Below the pieces are notes generated by a model, which saw only the letters and a list, made by a program, of their open reading frames with translations, ran no database searches and was not told the DNA's origin. Shown piece after piece: positions 61,505 through 64,000 of a stretch of 64,000 nt of DNA. The position numbers and the translations under genes were made by a program. The DNA is taken from NCBI RefSeq assembly GCF_963921235.1, contig NC_086097.1, forward strand, positions 75,084,001 to 75,148,000, read 5' to 3'. The stretch is from Mobula hypostoma (Eukaryota). Within the stretch, counting starts at the first letter, position 1; the number at the start of each line of letters is the position of its first letter.

Positions 61505-61725
61505 CACGGCTGCCTGTAAGGAGTTTGTACATTCTCTCCGTGACCGCATATGTTTCCTCCTGGTGCTCCCGTTTCTACCCACAGACCAAAGACATACTGG
61601 TTGGTAGGTTAATTGGTCATTGTAAGTTGTCCCATGACTAGGCTAGGGTAAAATTGTGGAATTGCTGGGCGGCACAGCTTGAGGGGCTGGAAGGGCTTAC
61701 TCTGCACTGTATCTCAATGCATAAA
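61505..61725 (+). mobile_element. V-SINE body (head missing)
   Basis: CTGTAAGGAGTTTGTACATTCTCTCCGTGACCGC...GGTGCTCCCGTTTCTACCCACAG V-domain. Confidence 0.75.
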
Positions 61726-61862
61726 GAGTTAAGTGGCAACCACATTACTGTGAGCCTGGAGCTGTATATGAGACTGACCAAGTAAGAACAAAAGATCTCC
61801 TCTAAAGGATATAAACTAGATGTATTTTTTGACAACAGAGTAGTCTTATGATCTCCATTATT

Positions 61863-61982
61863 CGGCCTGACCTGAAACGTCGACTGCGCCTCTTCCTATA
61901 GATGCTGCCTGGCCTGCTGCGTTCACCAGCAACTTTGATGTATGTTGCTTGAATTTCCAGCATCTGCAGAATTCCTGTTGTT
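61863..61982 (+). mobile_element. Young 5'-truncated Penelope-like terminal repeat insertion
   Basis: TSD TCCATTATT at 61854-61862 and 61983-61991; CpGs intact (GAAACGTCGACTGCGCC). Confidence 0.8.
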
Positions 61983-62169
61983 TCCATTATTGATAGTTGC
62001 TTCTTAATCCAGATCTGTTTTATTAATTGAATTTAAATTCCCATACTATCATGGCAGGATCTTGCCCTAGATCTTTAGTTCGGTAACACATCTGCTGTGC
62101 TGCAATTAGTATTGTGTTCTGAAGCCTATCTTGAATACTAAAGTTCATGAATGTTACAAATAAAGGGTC

Positions 62170-64000
62170 TTTTTCCTCTTTCTTTCTTTTTTTCTTTCTT
62201 TTTAAATCTTTTTATTGAGTAAGTATACAAAAAAGGTAAGCCATATAAACATTAATACAATGTTAAAGTATAATAAAATTCCAAAAGATAACAATACCAA
62301 AAAGAAAATACTACAAACAATGTAATTTAAGCATAAGAAACCAAGATAACATAATAGTATACTAGATTTTATATATATCAATGGAAAAAAAGAAAAAAAA
62401 AACCCCAAAAAAAAACCCACCGTGCAACTAACTAAAAGCAAAGCAAAGCAATGGGCTAACTTGAAACCAAACAGAGTTAAACTTAAAATCACGTCCTCAA
62501 TCCCGACCTCCATTAAAACAGTGAAGAGAAAACAAGAAGGGTAAATATTACATTAAATGAAAATATCGAATAAAAGGTCCCCAAATCTGTTCAAATTTAA
62601 ATGAAGAATCATAAAGGTTACTTCTAATTTTCTCCAGATTCAAACATAAAATCGTCTGAGAAAACCAAAAAAAGGTAGTTGGAGCATTAAGCTCTTTCCA
62701 ATGTTGTAAAATACATCTTTTCGCCATTAAAGTAAGAAATGCAATCATTCTACGGGCTGAAGGGGAAAGATTACTAGAAATTTTAGGTAGTCCAAAGATA
62801 GCAGTAATAGGGTGAGGAGAGATATCTATATTTAATACCTTAGAAATAATATTGAAAATATCTCTCCAAAAAGTTTCCAAAGTAGGGCAAGACCAAAACA
62901 TATGAGTTAAAGAGGCTATCTGCCCCGAACATCTATCACAGAAAGGATTAATATGCGAGTAAAAACGCGCTAACTTATCTTTGGACATATGTGCTCTATG
63001 AACCACTTTAAATTGAATTAGGGAATGTTTAGCACAAATAGAGGAAGTATTAACTAATTGTAAAATCTGCCCCCAATCATCCACAGAAATGGTAAGCCCC
63101 AATTCCTGTTCCCAATCTACCCTAATCTTATCAAATGGAGCTTTCCTAAGTTTCATAATAATATTATAAATCATAGCCGATGCACCTTTCTGACATGGAT
63201 TAAGGTTAATTATCGAATCTAAAATATATATAGGAGGAAGCATTGGAAAGGAAGTAAGTATAGTACTTAGGAAATTTCTAACTTGTAAATATCTAAAAAA
63301 ATGTATTCTTGATAAGTTATATTTGTTAGATAATTGTTCAAAAGACATAAGGGAACCATCTAAAAATAAATCCAAAAACCGTAAAATACCCTTAGTCTTC
63401 CAAGTTTGAAAAGCGCGATCCGTAAAAGAGGGAGGAAAAAATATGTTACCTAAAATAGGAATCGCTAACCCGAATTGATTAAGATCAAAAAATTTTCTGA
63501 ATTGAAACCAAATGCGCAAAGCATATTTAACTATCGGGTTAGAGACCTGCTTAAGACGTTTCGAATCAAAAGGAAGAGAGGAACCTAAAATAGAACCAAG
63601 TGTATAACCCTGAACAGATTGTAATTCCAATGCTACCCATTTAGGAATAAATAGTATGTCCCGATCAAGTAACCAAAATTTCATATGTCGAATATTAATA
63701 GCCCAATAATAAAATCTAAAGTTAGGTAATGCTAAACCTCCATCTCTCTTAGCTTTCTGTAAATGTATTTTACCCAGTCTCGGATTCTTGTTCTGCCAAA
63801 TAAATGAAGAAATTTTAGAGTCAACTTTATCAAAAAAAGATTTAGGAACGAAAATTGGTAATGCCTGAAACACATATAAAAATTTTGGCAAAAAAAACAT
63901 CTTAACTGCATTAATACGACCAATCAAAGTTAAATATAAGGGAAACCATTTAGATGAAAGTTGAGTAATATGGTCTATTAATGGTAAAAAGTTAGTCTTA
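62170..64000 (-). mobile_element. L1-clade LINE 3' portion, running off the window
   Basis: ORF2 C-terminus, 3' UTR, AATAAA (TTTATT at ~62212) and an A-rich tail at ~62170-62203. Confidence 0.92.
62548..63999 (-). CDS. L1-type ORF2 C-terminal part (post-RT region plus zf-RVT/CCHC), partial
   Basis: Frame is open from the window edge (KTNFLPLIDH..KWFPLYLTLIGRINAVKM) to the stop at 62548, 483 sense codons. Motifs GGLALPNFRFYYWA and CDRC...ASLTHMFWSC. Confidence 0.9.
   Translation of the reverse strand, partial: KTNFLPLIDHITQLSSKWFPLYLTLIGRINAVKMFFLPKFLYVFQALPIFVPKSFFDKVDSKISSFIWQNKNPRLGKIHLQKAKRDGGLALPNFRFYYWAINIRHMKFWLLDRDILFIPKWVALELQSVQGYTLGSILGSSLPFDSKRLKQVSNPIVKYALRIWFQFRKFFDLNQFGLAIPILGNIFFPPSFTDRAFQTWKTKGILRFLDLFLDGSLMSFEQLSNKYNLSRIHFFRYLQVRNFLSTILTSFPMLPPIYILDSIINLNPCQKGASAMIYNIIMKLRKAPFDKIRVDWEQELGLTISVDDWGQILQLVNTSSICAKHSLIQFKVVHRAHMSKDKLARFYSHINPFCDRCSGQIASLTHMFWSCPTLETFWRDIFNIISKVLNIDISPHPITAIFGLPKISSNLSPSARRMIAFLTLMAKRCILQHWKELNAPTTFFWFSQTILCLNLEKIRSNLYDSSFKFEQIWGPFIRYFHLM

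Noticed and set aside
62202..62513. Hydrophobic 103-aa ORF as a membrane protein
   Set aside because: It is a translation of the T-rich L1 3' UTR; a compositional artefact.

Overview
Eukaryotic, AT-rich, repeat-dense DNA, most likely intronic or intergenic sequence of a cartilaginous fish (shark or ray). This is inferred from HE1-like V-SINEs, a Deu-domain SINE, and abundant CR1, Rex1/Babar and Penelope-like repeats. I could not support any host protein-coding exon, rRNA, tRNA or CRISPR array; nearly all listed ORFs are transposon fragments or noise. Main elements: a restriction-like-endonuclease LINE (HERO/NeSL-type, 3.9-5.7 kb); a chromodomain Ty3/Gypsy element with a 5-bp TSD (6022-11143) carrying a Harbinger insertion in one LTR; a full-length but decayed PNMA-gag Ty3/Gypsy element with a 4-bp TSD (17174-24229); an R4/Dong LINE; a Nimb/I-type LINE inside a Tc1; a multi-layer nested TE stack (52.4-56.5 kb); and an L1-clade 3' end with an uninterrupted ORF at the right edge. 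The most interesting signals are RNA-level devices in these elements: a -1 frameshift site with an H-type pseudoknot at the PNMA-like gag/pol junction, a Tf1/sushi-type self-priming PBS, and CpG-decayed minimal hammerhead ribozymes in Penelope-like repeats. Also notable are a 34-bp-stem hairpin and a TE-poor ~10 kb island with enhancer-like motif clusters. Family names come from motif recognition, not database searches. Boundaries without a TSD or TIR are approximate.
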